A stretch of DNA of 64,000 nucleotides, taken from NCBI GenBank assembly GCA_030704615.1, contig CM060731.1, positions 49,786,001 through 49,850,000 on the forward strand, read 5' to 3'. The translations under genes and the position numbers were made by a program. Numbering within the stretch: position 1 is the first letter of the stretch; every line of letters begins with the position of its first letter. The DNA is from Takakia lepidozioides (Eukaryota; Plantae; Bryophyta). Below the pieces are notes generated by a model. It saw nothing but the letters and a program-made list of their open reading frames with translations. It was not told where the DNA came from and ran no database searches. Below are positions 1 through 12,900 of the stretch, one piece after another.

Positions 1-165
1 TCTGAACCTTTTTTCTTGGAAGAGCCTCCCTCTCCTCTGGCCTTCAGACATGCAGCTCCCTCACTCTTGGAGCCAGCTCCGATTTCGGGCTTAGAATCCA
101 CAATGCTCATTTTGCAGTACTTCCACCCTTCCTCATCAGTTCCCACCCCTGACCACATAAACATA

Positions 166-505
166 ATGTACTCATAAGACGTAGCCTTGTGGCCATAGAC
201 CCTGTGCCCAGTTTGGGCTGAACAAGAGGGAACAGACACTACGTCTATGAGGGTCTCACACTCCAGTAGCGGGACTTACCTTGATATAAACAATTAACTC
301 AGGCTCTCCAGATTTCCTCTAGAAAGCTCTTCACACAAACATCAATCTGCTGCGAGCTCCCCAGCAATTAGACTCCAGCAGGACCAAGGCTTTATGTTCA
401 GCCTCAAGATGTTGAAATTTGGTGAACAGAGGTGTAGGGACTATGTACCTGAAGAGGGTCACTCTCTGATCAGAATACCCCGGACATTGTAACCGAAAAT
501 GGATA
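166..505 (-). mobile_element. 5'-truncated 3' end of the same LINE family as 11045-15212
   Basis: The reverse complement aligns by eye with 14575-14940 (cagcagattgatg.ttgtgtgaag...ggccacaaggctacg...tcttatgagtaca). Confidence 0.85.
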
Positions 506-1095
506 TCCAGCCTCCCTTAAATGCAAAGACAATCTCCTCAGCTCAGCATGTATTTTCTCGATTTGTGGATGTCATTTGTCATCTACACAGAACACATGCA
601 CCTGGTTCTCCACCTCAATGCAGCTGTGCCCTGCTCATTTCTCACACCTGCATCCTCCATCATCTTTCTTACCTTTGCTTGATCATCCCACCTCCCAGCA
701 GCAGTGCACATATTGCATAGGAGCACATAAGATCCAGCATCTTCTAGATTGCACTTGAGAAGGCATTTTGCAGCATGTTCTGCTCAATCCATATCGTCAT
801 GAAGTCTGCATGTAGCAAGCAATGCCCCCAACACAACAGCACCTGGTTCAAATGGCATTTTCTCGATGAAGACCTCTGCCTTATCCAATTGCCCTGCACT
901 GCCAAGAATATCCACCATGCAGCCAAAATGCTCAACAGTAGGGGTGACTCCATGATCCCGACTCTTGGAATCAAAGTGGTGACAGCCTTCATCCACCAAG
1001 CCCATATGGGTACATGCAGAGAGAACACATACAAGGTGATACCATTTGGCTTGAAACCTTCCTGTTGCATTTGTTCAAATAGTTGGAGGGCATTC
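506..1095 (-). pseudogene. Degenerate PLS-PPR fragment (P2-L2-S2-E1-E2-E+), frameshifted and cut at the start of the DYW region
   Basis: Peptides QQEGFKPNGITL, HFGCMVDILGSAGQLDKAE, YVLL..AAGRWDD.AKVRK and HPQIEKIHAEL..EAGY lie in shifting frames; paralogous to 3792-6251. Confidence 0.85.
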
Positions 1096-1599
1096 TAGCT
1101 CTGAAATTACAAACTTTCGTGGTGAATTCTTCAAATCATGCAGAAATCTCGGCGTAAACTGGATTTCCATTGCAGTTGACTTCAACTCAAACCCTACAAT
1201 AAATAGTTGTGCTGATATTTTTTTGATAATTCGATACTTGTCCAAGGTAATCATGTTCGGCATGACATGGCTGATCAGTTGGCTCGTGAACTTTCACATT
1301 CTCTGGAAGTGTCAGCAGCTACCACCAAGCAAGCTAACTGGAGGGGTTATGTTGTCGGAATCAAGCCACTAATTCTGGCAAGAGGGAATATAAGCAGTGT
1401 CAAGATACTGCCAGTAATTTGCCAGAGTTGGCATCTTTCAGGAAGATATATAGTACTTCTGAGCTGGAGGCTGGTCAGATACTAAACATGTGGGCAAGGA
1501 CACTTCATCACAGGGTGAAGTTCTTGAGACTACGAAGGTTGGCCATAGTGATTCAGCATTATTTTCGTGGATGGCAAGTGCTCAAGTCCTATGCCCTCA

Positions 1600-1742
1600 T
1601 GAGGGGATGATACAGGAAGGGACAAAACCCAACGAGGTCACCTTAGTGTAAATTCTTAAAGCTTGTGCCATCCTGCCAGCCCTGGTGAAGGGCAAATAGG
1701 TCCATTATGAGATCATGAAATCTGGAATTGTGCCAGATGTCA
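1600..1742 (+). pseudogene. Short degenerate PPR P/L-motif relic
   Basis: Translates as IQEGTKPNEVTLV*ILKACAILPALVKGK*VHYEIMKSGIVPD, with two stops. Confidence 0.7.
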
Positions 1743-1980
1743 GAAGAAAACATTTGCATCATTTCATGCAGACCATGGTGATGCTGACAGTTCAAATATG
1801 ATTGGAGCAGCAAAACGTTAGTTACAAAAAATCTTCCGAAATCCTTACTGCAGAGAACATTTTCCACGGAGCAATAGGCACGAAGAATTTGTCAACTTCC
1901 AATGTGGAAGAATTGCTTGTCTAAGAGTTTCACTCGAGTCTTTGAAAGTCGCCGTCTCTGCGAGGTTCCGACACACAACA

Positions 1981-2344
1981 ATGACGACGATGATGTGGCG
2001 AAGATGACGTGGCTACGATGATGTGGCGACGATGACGTGTCTAACTTACTTGCCTTGAATATGGAAGCCGTTGAAGCACAAACCTGAAAACTAGAAAGAA
2101 TGCAGGTGCTTCGATTTTGTGTTTGGACTATTTTTGACACACAAAAATGCCGATGATGAGGTGGCTGACGATGACGACGATGACGTGGTGATGATGATGT
2201 GGCGATAATGACGTGGCACTATGGCACCCTATTCCTGCAAGTGGCAAGTACTAACTTACTTGCCTTGAATATGGAAGCCGTTGAAGCACAACCCGAAAAC
2301 TAGAAAGAATGCAGGTGCTTCGTTTGCGTGTTTGGACTATTTTG
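1981..2344. repeat. Direct duplication with ~210-bp period; a ~94-bp core (2041-2134 and 2251-2344) preceded by GATGACGTGG-like short repeats
   Basis: ctaacttacttgccttgaatatggaagccgttgaagcacaa...gtttggactatttt occurs twice. Confidence 0.85.
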
Positions 2345-3791
2345 GCAAAGCTCGCTTGGCAATTAGGGTTTAATTGTGTGCTGGTAGTTCAAGTTTAATG
2401 CATGTGTGTTGGTGAGGAGTTGCAACAATACGTCGCCTCTGCACGGAGGATGCTAGAGGAGGCTGATGAGAAGATAATGTGGGCCAAGCAACTAAAGGAA
2501 CACACACTAAAGGCATCCACAATCATTGAAGCTGTCGAGTAACTTCTTAATCCCTCCAAACCGGGCACAGGGTTTTACACCCGAGGTCATCGCGAAAACA
2601 GTCAAACGCGTTGTGACAATGTCCTCGACAGCATATTACAGAGGAATTTATTGTTCGCTCCGCTCCCAGTGTCTAGGTAATCTGGCAAACGGGTCCTTGT
2701 TGGCAGCAAAGACTACAACTCTGAGAACGCGAAATCAACTGACCTGAATGTCATGCGAAAAAGTACCAGAGCTTATCACAGAAAACGTCGTTTCCGTGCA
2801 GCAAAATCTTAGCATCCCCCTCTCTCAGAATTGTGGGTTCAGATGAAGTCTGGAGACCATAGCCATAGCTGACAGCCCCTCGCCCTCACAGTGGATGTCA
2901 ACTGGCAGAGGGCCTGAGAAGTAACCGCCAACTGGGTACTACACTGTGGTGGACGCAATTCGACGAGCTGCAACCAAAGAATGGCGCGCTTTCGAGAGCA
3001 ACCAACCATCTGTAAAGGTACACAGAGCTTCGTTTTCAAGATCCTGATACAGGAGAGCGTTTGCAGCGATGGATGTCAGCTGGAAAAGTCGGACCTCCTA
3101 CTTCAATTGGGTGACCGGTTTGCAATGGAGCAACTGGAGCGTCCTCTAGGGATGGCGAGACTTGGGCCATGCAATCACAACACCTTTGTGGCCTGAATCA
3201 CATCTTGCAGGGTATTGATGCAAAACCCAAGTGAGAGGGAGGAAGAGGGAAAGAGAAGGAGAGAGCACTGAGAAGTGGGGGCAGCTCCCGATTTCCAGGT
3301 GGTGGTGCTGGGAGTGGCCTGTCAAAGAAAGTGATACCTTATGGGTCTAAGGGTGCACCAATCTCGTTGTTGCCCATGGGTCACCGCCCGGTGTTATCGC
3401 ACTTACGAGGTCCTTTGGATTGAAAGATGCTTGAACTCTCCTTGGGCAAAAGCAGAGCTATCTGCCATAATACAAGATGCGGCACCATCTGGTGGTGGTT
3501 CTAATTGCAAAGTACAACATGGAGCTACGGTCAAAAAATTACGAAGGTATTGTTTTGATGATGATTTTTGGATTCACAATAAGAAATATAGAATCTTACA
3601 GTGCAGTTCTTCTCCAAGCACTGTTAGTATGTTAGCAACAAGCTGTTCTCAGTGCTCCTGGAAAGATCTTCGTCACGGTGCTTTGATATCCACTATGTGA
3701 GTTTGACTGTAAAGGATGTCCCTAAGTTTTGACTTCGTGCAGGATTGCAGGGTCCAATCAGGGACAGTTGTTTGAGTCAGTCACCTCCACC

Positions 3792-6251
3792 ATGACTGGA
3801 GCTTTTGAACTTGTTTTAAGCGGGAGAGTCAACAAGACCTCTTCTGACACTTATGGGGATGTGAGGTCACTTTGTGAGGCAGGACAATTGAAAGAGGCGC
3901 TGCACGGCATCCCAGCAGACTCCAATACTTATGTCTGTTTGTTGCAGGAGTGCATCAAACTTAAAGACTTAGAAACGGCAAAGCAGGTGCACGCCCACAT
4001 TATTGAAAAGGGAATCAAGTTGAACACTTTTCTACTCAACACCCTTGTTAACATGTATGCCAAGTGCGGGAGCATGGTGGTTGCACGCGAAGTGTTTGAC
4101 AAAATGCTTGAACCGGACGTGTTTACTTGGACTATAATGATGGCAGGGTATACTCAACATGGGTGTGGCGGGGAGGCTTTCAAGATTTATAAGCAAATGT
4201 TGCGGGTAGGGGTGATGCCCAACAGGGTCACGTTCGTTTGCGCTCTCAAGGCGTGTGCTAGCCTAGGAGCCCTGGAGAAGGGCAAAGAGGTCCATGCTGA
4301 GATTGTTCAGGCTGGAATTGAGCCTGATATCATTTTGGAGACTGCCCTTGCCGATATGTATGCCAAATGTGGGAGCATAAAAGAGGCACGGCAAGTGTTT
4401 GACAATATGGCTCACCGAAATGTGGTCTCATGGAGTGTGATGATCACTGGGTATGCTCAGCATGGGTGTGGTAGGGAGGCCTTCAAGATCTATGAGCAAA
4501 TGATTCAGGCAGGGGTGACACCCAACAAGATCACATTCATTGCTGTCCTCAATGCATGTGCCAGCCTAGGAGCTCTGGAAAAGGGTAAAGAGGTCCATGC
4601 CGACATCATGAGAGCTGGGTTCGCATCATATGTAAATTTGGAGAATAGTCTTGTCGACATGTATGCCAAATGTGGGAGCATAGAGGATGCGCGCCAAGTG
4701 TTCGACAATATGGCCCAGCGAAATGTGGTCTCCTGGAATGCCATGATTGCAGGATATGCAAAGCATGGGTGTGGTGGGGAGGCGCTTAAGATCTATAAGC
4801 AGATGATTCAGGAAGGGGTGATGTGCAGCAAGATCACATTCATTTGTGCTCTCAATGCTTGTGCTAGTCTAGGAGCTCTGGAAAAAGGCAAAGGTGTGCA
4901 TGCTGATGTTATGAAAGCTGGAATTCCACCAGATATCATTCTGGAGACTGCTCTTGTTGACATGTACGCGAAGTGTGGGAGCGTTAAAGATGCACGCCAA
5001 GTGTTTGACAATATGGCTCAACGAAATGTGGTCTCATGGAGTGCTATGATTGCAGGATATGCCCAGCATGGGTGTGGTAGGGAAGCTTTTGAGATATATG
5101 AGCAGATGCAATGTGATGGGGTGATGCCCGACAATGTTGCAGGCATTTGTATCCTTGATGCATGTGCGAGTCTGGGAGCCCTGGAAAAGGGCAAAGAGGT
5201 CCATCTTGATATCATGAAGGCAGGAATACCACCATACATTAATTTGGAGAATACCCTTATTAACATGTATGCCAAATGTGGGAGCGTAAGGCATGCACGT
5301 CATGTGTTTGACAACATGGCTGAACGAGATGTGGTCTCATGGAATTCCATGATTGCGGCATATGGTCATCATGGGTATGGTAGCGAAGCCCTACAACTAT
5401 TTGAAGAAATGCAAGAAGTAGGCTTGAAGCCGGACAATATTACCTTTATATCTCTTCTGTGGGCATGTAGCCATGCAGGTCTAGTGGAGGAAGGCTGCCA
5501 CTACTTTGATTCCATGAGTCGAGCTTATGGCCTCACTCCTACTGGAGAACATTTTGGCTGCATAGTTGATCTTCTGGGCCGTGCAGGGCAATTGGATGAG
5601 GCTGAGAACTTCATTATCAAAATGCCAATCAATCCAGGTGCTCCAGTGTGGACAGCCTTGCTTGGTGCCTGCAGGATCCATGGTGATGTGGAGGTAGCAG
5701 AACGTGCAGCAAACAATCTTCTCGAGAGAGATCCACAGCACGCTGCAGCGTATGTGTTGCTATCAAACATCTATGCTGCAGCTGGCAGGTGGGATGATAA
5801 AGCAAAAGTGAGAAAATTGATGGAAGACAGAGGTGTCAGAAAGGAACCGGGGCGTAGCTGCATTGAGGTGGGCAACCGAGTGCATAGATTCATAGTAAAT
5901 GACACATTCCATCCACAAATTGAGGAAATCCATGTTGAGCTGAAGCGATTGTCTGAGCAGATGAAGGATGCCGGGTATGTGCCTGACACACGCTTTGTTC
6001 TACATGATCTAGAGGAGGAGCAAAAGGAATTTTCTCTTTGCTACCACAGTGAGAAGCTGGCCATTGCTTTTGGGCTTATTAGCACGCCCCCTGGGACACC
6101 TATCCGTGTCATCCAGAACCTTAGAGTTTGTGGTGACTGTCACACCGTCACCAAGTTCATCTCAAAGATTGGGCGAGCGATTATTGTAAGGGATGCGAAC
6201 CGCTTTCATCATTTCCAAGATGGGGTTTGTTCTTGTGGGGATTACTGGTGA
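3792..6251 (+). CDS. PLS-class pentatricopeptide repeat protein with E1-E2-DYW deaminase domain (organellar C-to-U RNA editing factor)
   Basis: Open frame 3729-6251 (first ATG 3792). L-S-(P-L-S)x4-P2-L2-S2 array, PG box KEPGRSCIE, HSEKLA and CGDCH zinc ligands, terminal DYW. A possible upstream exon from 3341 joins in frame. Confidence 0.95.
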   Translation: MTGAFELVLSGRVNKTSSDTYGDVRSLCEAGQLKEALHGIPADSNTYVCLLQECIKLKDLETAKQVHAHIIEKGIKLNTFLLNTLVNMYAKCGSMVVAREVFDKMLEPDVFTWTIMMAGYTQHGCGGEAFKIYKQMLRVGVMPNRVTFVCALKACASLGALEKGKEVHAEIVQAGIEPDIILETALADMYAKCGSIKEARQVFDNMAHRNVVSWSVMITGYAQHGCGREAFKIYEQMIQAGVTPNKITFIAVLNACASLGALEKGKEVHADIMRAGFASYVNLENSLVDMYAKCGSIEDARQVFDNMAQRNVVSWNAMIAGYAKHGCGGEALKIYKQMIQEGVMCSKITFICALNACASLGALEKGKGVHADVMKAGIPPDIILETALVDMYAKCGSVKDARQVFDNMAQRNVVSWSAMIAGYAQHGCGREAFEIYEQMQCDGVMPDNVAGICILDACASLGALEKGKEVHLDIMKAGIPPYINLENTLINMYAKCGSVRHARHVFDNMAERDVVSWNSMIAAYGHHGYGSEALQLFEEMQEVGLKPDNITFISLLWACSHAGLVEEGCHYFDSMSRAYGLTPTGEHFGCIVDLLGRAGQLDEAENFIIKMPINPGAPVWTALLGACRIHGDVEVAERAANNLLERDPQHAAAYVLLSNIYAAAGRWDDKAKVRKLMEDRGVRKEPGRSCIEVGNRVHRFIVNDTFHPQIEEIHVELKRLSEQMKDAGYVPDTRFVLHDLEEEQKEFSLCYHSEKLAIAFGLISTPPGTPIRVIQNLRVCGDCHTVTKFISKIGRAIIVRDANRFHHFQDGVCSCGDYW

Positions 6252-6928
6252 ATGAAGGAAAGTATGTAAAGAAAGTATGTTGCTTCTCATGTGAGGGTGG
6301 CAAAACCATAGTTTATAGCACTTCTGCCTCAGTTAAAGAACTGGATAAGAGAGCATACGGACCCCAAGCTTGAGAATAAGCACACACATTGTAGATCCCA
6401 AGAAACACAGTGACAAGGCTATAGAATGTGTGCATGACAACCATCACAAGTATGTGGAGCGGAGCGGATGGAGGCCCTCCAAGGACACAAATGGAACCTT
6501 ACCCTTCATCCCAATCTGCTTCCCTACATGATCCTTCGCTCATGGTGGCAGGATGCAGTTGTCCCTTGATGACATCAATTTTGGAGTTGCAAAATGTACA
6601 CCTTTCTTCAAGTTTAGTACCTATATGATTGTGTGACTACGTGCACAGTTTGAGCGGAACAACAGTGAGAGAAAGAGATACAACAATTCCTCTCCAAGCA
6701 TAAGGGCACACAGGGGTGGAACAGAAACAGAAAAGAGAAGACAGATACAGGTTCACAAACTTCGAATGGAAATGTAGCCTTGAGAATGAGCACAGGAAAG
6801 GTGAATGGTACGCTATTGGCTTCCAATTATTCCCACTGAGCACATTACACAAACCTACTCCACAACAATATACACAATCTTAATATGCTCACTCCAGCCT
6901 ACAATCCGGAAGCATACAAGATTCCAGG

Positions 6929-9900
6929 TTATCGCCGCCACCAATCAGCAATCTTCAACCTCTGTGCTCGATGTATAGCCAACTTTACGGCTGGAATTTT
7001 TCGGTGAACTTCTTTCCATATCATATTCACAGCATCATCCCTCCTGGAGGGGTGTTGATACTCAAAGTGATGGGTTATGTCCTTTAGCCTATTCCACATC
7101 TGAAGCCAGCGCTCTCTGTCGAAACCATTTAGATAATCTAGCAAGTAGCCTGGTCTTATGGCTTCTTCAACTGAAAAGAACAATGCGAATTCCGTGTAGT
7201 TCAGTTCATCTTCAAAAGGAAGTTCAATTTTGTCACTGATGATGACAGGTACGCAATGGCTCACAATGGCATCAAAAAGGCGACAGGAAGAGGGCGTATC
7301 ACCTGCTGGGTGTAAGCAGAAGCGTGACAAACGCATACCTTCTGTAGCCTGCAATCAAGCAACCTAATGGGTTAGATGATATAACCCTTACTGTTAAATG
7401 GGCAGTGCTATAAAGCTACATGGGCATTGAAGTACATGGGCATGTTAAATGGGCATGCTTTATAGCACTGTTAAACCCTTACTGCTTCAATGGGCATTCA
7501 CCTTCAGAATTTGAAGTGCTTAGCAGTTTACCTGCATGAAGCACTGTGTCATAGAGCAAGGTTTCAGGGTTTTTAACATGCTTCTGATATTCTGTGACGT
7601 CTACGTGTCTGGGCTTCCTGTGGACAAAACAAAAAAAAACTCCTTCCTTCTTTCTTTGTCACAGTGCCCTTTCCCGAGTGTTACTGGCAGGGAAATGACA
7701 TCCAGTGGCACATCTGATTACAGTCGCCACACACAACTATACACTACATGAACAACGCCAATGACCAAGGAGGATTGGCCAACAGGCTGATGCTCAATAA
7801 CAGCAATTGTACGGGTGAAAGTTGAAAACATTGCAGAGTAGCTCAATCTGATTTGATTTCCACCTACCACATGGATAGCCTCATTTTCCCTCCAGTATAT
7901 AGAAGTGCAGATCTTGAAATCAATCTAATTGGATATTCAAGTGAGACACATCACTTTCCCCAACTTGCTTTCTTAAACATGTGTCCATCAAACAACTTCA
8001 ATGGTTTACTCATAAGCTGCCAATCATGATCATACACACCTTTAGATCCTCGGAAAAACTGGTACAGATGTAGCTCAGGTATTTAAACTTAGTGAGACGA
8101 GTAGTACCTGTGCAAGCCCTTGTTTAGTTGCTATGCCGTTCATGAAATGCACGCCTGCGTGCTGGCTTAGAATTTTTGCCAACCTCGACCTGATAATTCC
8201 ATCCTGTTTCATATCCATCCGACCATATGCCACATCAGAAGATTATAGACCTTTCCAAGGTCGTAATATACCTGTCGTAACAGCAGGGTAAAAATGCAAA
8301 TGAGCAGAGAGACACTTACATCTTTGCGTGCAATTCTTCCTTGAAAAAATAAGAGGGTTGTTCGTGACTCAAATGGATCTGACGTGTCATCATTTTCAAA
8401 CGTGGGCACAATGTGTGCATATGGGGCCACAACATCCTTTCGGAGCTGTGCTGTTGACTTGGACAATCTCCCAAAGTCAGCAACTATGAGCATGGAAGCA
8501 TTAAGCTCATCTCTGAAAAACCTGAGGACAAATGCCAGATGTAGATTTTAACATTGCAAAACCGCACGGGCCAGGGTTGAAACTAGAAGAGCAAAACCAA
8601 ATCCAAAAGGAAATTTTCTTCTCAACAAAACAGGTCAAATCAACGAACACTCACCTCTTAGAAAATTTGACTAAGGTTTAACCATTCACTTACAATTACT
8701 CTAGTTCAACATAATTAGCATATCACAAATCAAGCGGAACCTGTTGCATTTGTGAGATTGGGAGCTGGGAATCAAACGAAAGGGGGCCTAGGGAGCTAAG
8801 AAGTAGGTAAATAGATTATAAGCAACTTTACTCTCTAGATTCACTTCCCATTGCTTTAAGTATTGGGCTGCTAAGGACTTACCATGAACCTGTAACAGGC
8901 TTCCTCTATAAGAATTGGGAAGCACAACCATTTGAGTAGAAGTCATCAGAGCAAAACCTGATCTTTTCTATGAGTCATGTTGGCATGCCTCCAGACCCCA
9001 CAACAAAGCTCTCTAGGCTGTAGGGAGAGAGCGAGGGAGTGGGAGGAAATCACAGAAATAAAGACTGACTGATTGTTTGGGGGTAGAAACTGAAAAACCT
9101 GAAGGCATTGGGATGATGCAAGACCAGCACATGGTCACGACCCTGAGAAGCTTGCCACCACTTTGATGCCTTCAAAAATGTTACGATATCCACCTGGATA
9201 AAAAATAGAAAACCAAGTTTTTCATTTTCTGTTTTAAATAGAGGTGGTATTAATATCACCTGACACTTTAGAAGGACAGTGTAATAGCAAAAAGAATGCA
9301 TCAAATCTGGATGCCAGAGACCAAGACAACCTTCCTACCCAATAAGCATGGGTCGCAATTATAGTTTATACTTGGAACATTCGGAGACTCGGATGTAACC
9401 AAGGTACATGGATGACCGAAAGTGGCAATGGCTATGGTGAGCTCATTAGGAAGATCTTTAGGAACTAACAGAATGACTACATTGTGTTCTTGCTCTTCAT
9501 AGAGAACAGAAAGCTGTAAGGGCTGCAACTGCATCCCTCTCTACTCTACAAGGCTGGCCCAGTGTGCAAACCATAACTGGTTTCTCTCATTCCAAAGAGC
9601 AGCAGTCAAGTGAGAAGAGTGGAAGTGAGAGCATGGCTTCTCAGTCTTCTCCAAGCTCTAAGCTACTGAGAACAGGTATTGACTCCTGAGAACAGGAGAG
9701 CATGGCTTCTCTTGTTGACCAGAAGCATTTAGGAGTGACTTGATGCCCTTGACTTGGAGATCTATTGCTCACCTACATCTAGAGGCTGGGGAATCAGTCC
9801 ATTTCAGTTCTTTCCTCATGTATAAAGAGGATAGCAATATGTTGTACATGTAATCAGCCTAGGACTGTGGGGGTGCAAGCATGAGAGGCTTGAGGTAGAG

Positions 9901-12900
9901 ATGACATAGATAACAATTGTCAAGTTGTTTAAGCCTGGTTTCCATAGCTTGACAACTATAGTTTTGTGTGCATGAGTATGATGGGACCAGGTGATGCAGC
10001 TTCACTTTCTTTAGACGGTAAACATAGAAGGAAGGCTAAGTGGGCAAGTAAGACTGAGGGCTGGCTTGGCTGCTTGGTCTATGGTATGGACCTGCAGCAT
10101 TGCAGGTCATTGCCACCACAAGCACTTAATGTGGTTTTATGGTGGAACTCGTATCTTTTAAATGTTGTGGAATATTTGGTGGTATCACTTACCCATCATC
10201 ATGTGGAGCAGGCATAGGCCGTTCGTCAGATGTGGATGCAGTCACCATGCAGTCTCTGGATACAGAGCCTACATTCTTTGGTTTGACCAGGGCATATGGT
10301 ATATGGTCCACCACTTGGAGGATTTTTTCTGGTAAGGAATTCCCATCCCTCCAAGCTAAGTTCTTCACCTTTTGAGTATGGATGGGAGGGGTTGCTAAGC
10401 AAGCGGTGAGGGCACAAATTGTTTGCCAGTACACCAAAGAGCTTATGGTGTAGGCTGCACTTGAATTTGCGTAAGACCCTCAGTCTAAACTATTTTCTCA
10501 GTTGGGAAGCAGTTGGGTTTTGAGAAACTTCTGAAGCCGCCCAGCTTCACAATCAATTCCTCAAGGCCTACATCACTGCCTACAGCTAGAATCTCGATAC
10601 TCCACCATCTAGCTCAAATTCTCCCTGTCCTCTAGGAAGCCTATTGCCATTGGGTGGACTTGATACGGGAGTACATTAATGTCTCTGTGACTAAATGCTG
10701 GCCTTGTGACCTCGTGTCCTTGTTTGTTTCGACCTGAAGCGCTTTGCTCCAGGTAAGGTAGTGCATTGGATTTAGTTGGAAAGCTTGGGGCCTTTCCCTC
10801 TTTAGAATATGACTACACGGGCCATTCCCTGCAACTCCCTGGAGTGTGATCTCTGAATGGTAACAAGCGGACCCCTACCGCTTGGGGGCAGCCCCTCCGC
10901 CCAAATTGGGCAGTCGTATGCTCTGTCTAGCATACTCGGCACTTGGGCTCGGGTTGGTTCCTGTGCTTAAGCTTATAGCCTGCGACTACAATCAAAATTT
11001 TAGCTCCTATAAACATCAACACTCCTCAGGGTGATTCCTGGGAATTGGTTACTTATGCCAAATCTAGGGCTTCATGTGTAGTTTTTGGGGTGAATCCCAG
11101 GATGGACGATGTGTCTTTTAAAACTACATGCTCTAGCTTAGGCTTGGATTTCATGGCTAATGGTTCCATCTCGAGACTTGATAACAGGGGCACGTTGAAG
11201 GTTGCAATGACCAAAAGTGCTTCTAATAGAGTCCCACATCAATTCAATGGGGAAGTTCGTCCCTTGACTGGCTGGAGAGCGGTCTTAGACATTGGTGATT
11301 CAATGGGGCGCTATAGGAAGACAACCAAGGGCAAGGACTTCAACTTGAGAGTTTCTAATCGGTTTGATGCTCTGGATGAGGTTGAATCCAAACAGCCAGA
11401 AGGACAAGATGCCCCTAAGTGTGCGGAACCTGAACGTCCTGAATCTGAAGGATTTGGTACTCTGAATGGTTTACCAATCCTCAAGGTTTACACAAGACGA
11501 ACAAATTCTATACACGGGGTAATTGTCCCCAAGCCGTCAGATGGACAATCTGTCCCCAAGTGTGCAGAGCCTGAACGTCGTGTAACTGAAGGATTTGGTA
11601 CTCTAAATGGTTTACCAATCCTCAAAGTCTACACAAGACGGGCAAAATCTATACACGGGGTAATTGTCCCCAAGCAGTCTGACGGACAATCTGTTCCTAT
11701 GTGTGCGGAGCCTGTGCGTCGTGTAACTGAAGGATTTGGTACCCTGAATGGTTTACCAATTCTCAAAGTTTACAGAAGACGAGCAAAATCTACACATGGG
11801 GTAGCTGTCCCCCCTTTGCAGAACGGTTGGCCGTCCAGGAACAATCACAAGCTACCTAGACGACAAACAATTCACATGCAAAGGGTGGCTTGCGGCTGGC
11901 CACTTTCAACTTCTCAGGGTTGACCAACCAAAGGAAACAACTCGAAGTGGGACAAGTTCTTCGGACTAATGATATTCATATCTATGCTGGGCAAGAAACA
12001 TGGGAAACGTCGGATAAACTGGTTGGAGATGTCAATCGTTATAAATGGGCAGGTAAGATGTGTACTCTCAAGGCAGCCTCTGCCAAACGCGGTCAAAAAG
12101 GGGTTGGACTCTTTGTCCGTGATTTCTTGTTTGACAATTGTGAAATTATCAACAAGGGTTTGAGGTACGAGCATAGTATCTGGCTAAAACTGAATCTGAA
12201 GGGCGGCATGAGTACGAAGGACCTCTTTGTGGGTTGTGTTTACATGCCCACAGAGGGGACCCTTAGTGCTGACGCAGACAAAGCCTTGAACGAGCTGAAT
12301 TCTAATGGCAGACGGTTAATTAACTGTCTGGAAGAGCTTCAGCTTTTGACCTTGAATAACAGGACAAGAGGTGACCAAGTGCAGTGGACTCATGAGAAAT
12401 CCCAAACTGGGGAACGTTCCATTGTGGACTATAGTGTGCCAATGTGTTGATCGACAGAACTGATATTGGTACCTCTGACCACTTCCTGGTTTGGACTGAG
12501 ATCAAAAGGTGTTTTCCCAACACCAAGAGATCTGTGAAACATTCGATTCGGAAGTGGCGCATAGAAAAATTCCATAATGAGGAGGTCAAGGCTGAGTATG
12601 TCCAGGCCGTGCAAGAGGCTCTCCCTCATTTTGTCCAATCGCTCCAAGAACTTCAGTCTCACTCTGACAACGAGAAACGAAGTCGAAAGAGCAGTGGACT
12701 CTTGGGAGAGTTCTGTTTCCTCCGTGGCTGACAAGATCATTGGGAGGAAACTAATTGTCTGCGGTAGAGCTGTTAATTGGTGGACCAATGAGATTAAACT
12801 CAAGATAGCTGAGAGACGAGCCCTCTATAAAGAGTGCTGCAATTTGAAAACCAACAAAGAATTGTGGGCGAGGTACTACCAGCTCCGTAAAGATATCAAT

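Noticed and set aside
2526-3260. Short ORFs upstream of the PPR gene
   Set aside because: No recognisable motifs and multiple stops in all frames.
4505-5989. Minus-strand ORFs over the PPR gene
   Set aside because: Antisense shadows of a repetitive coding sequence.
5840-6251. U-to-C editing (DYW:KP type) factor
   Set aside because: It has a PG box, HSE and terminal DYW, which are features of C-to-U enzymes.
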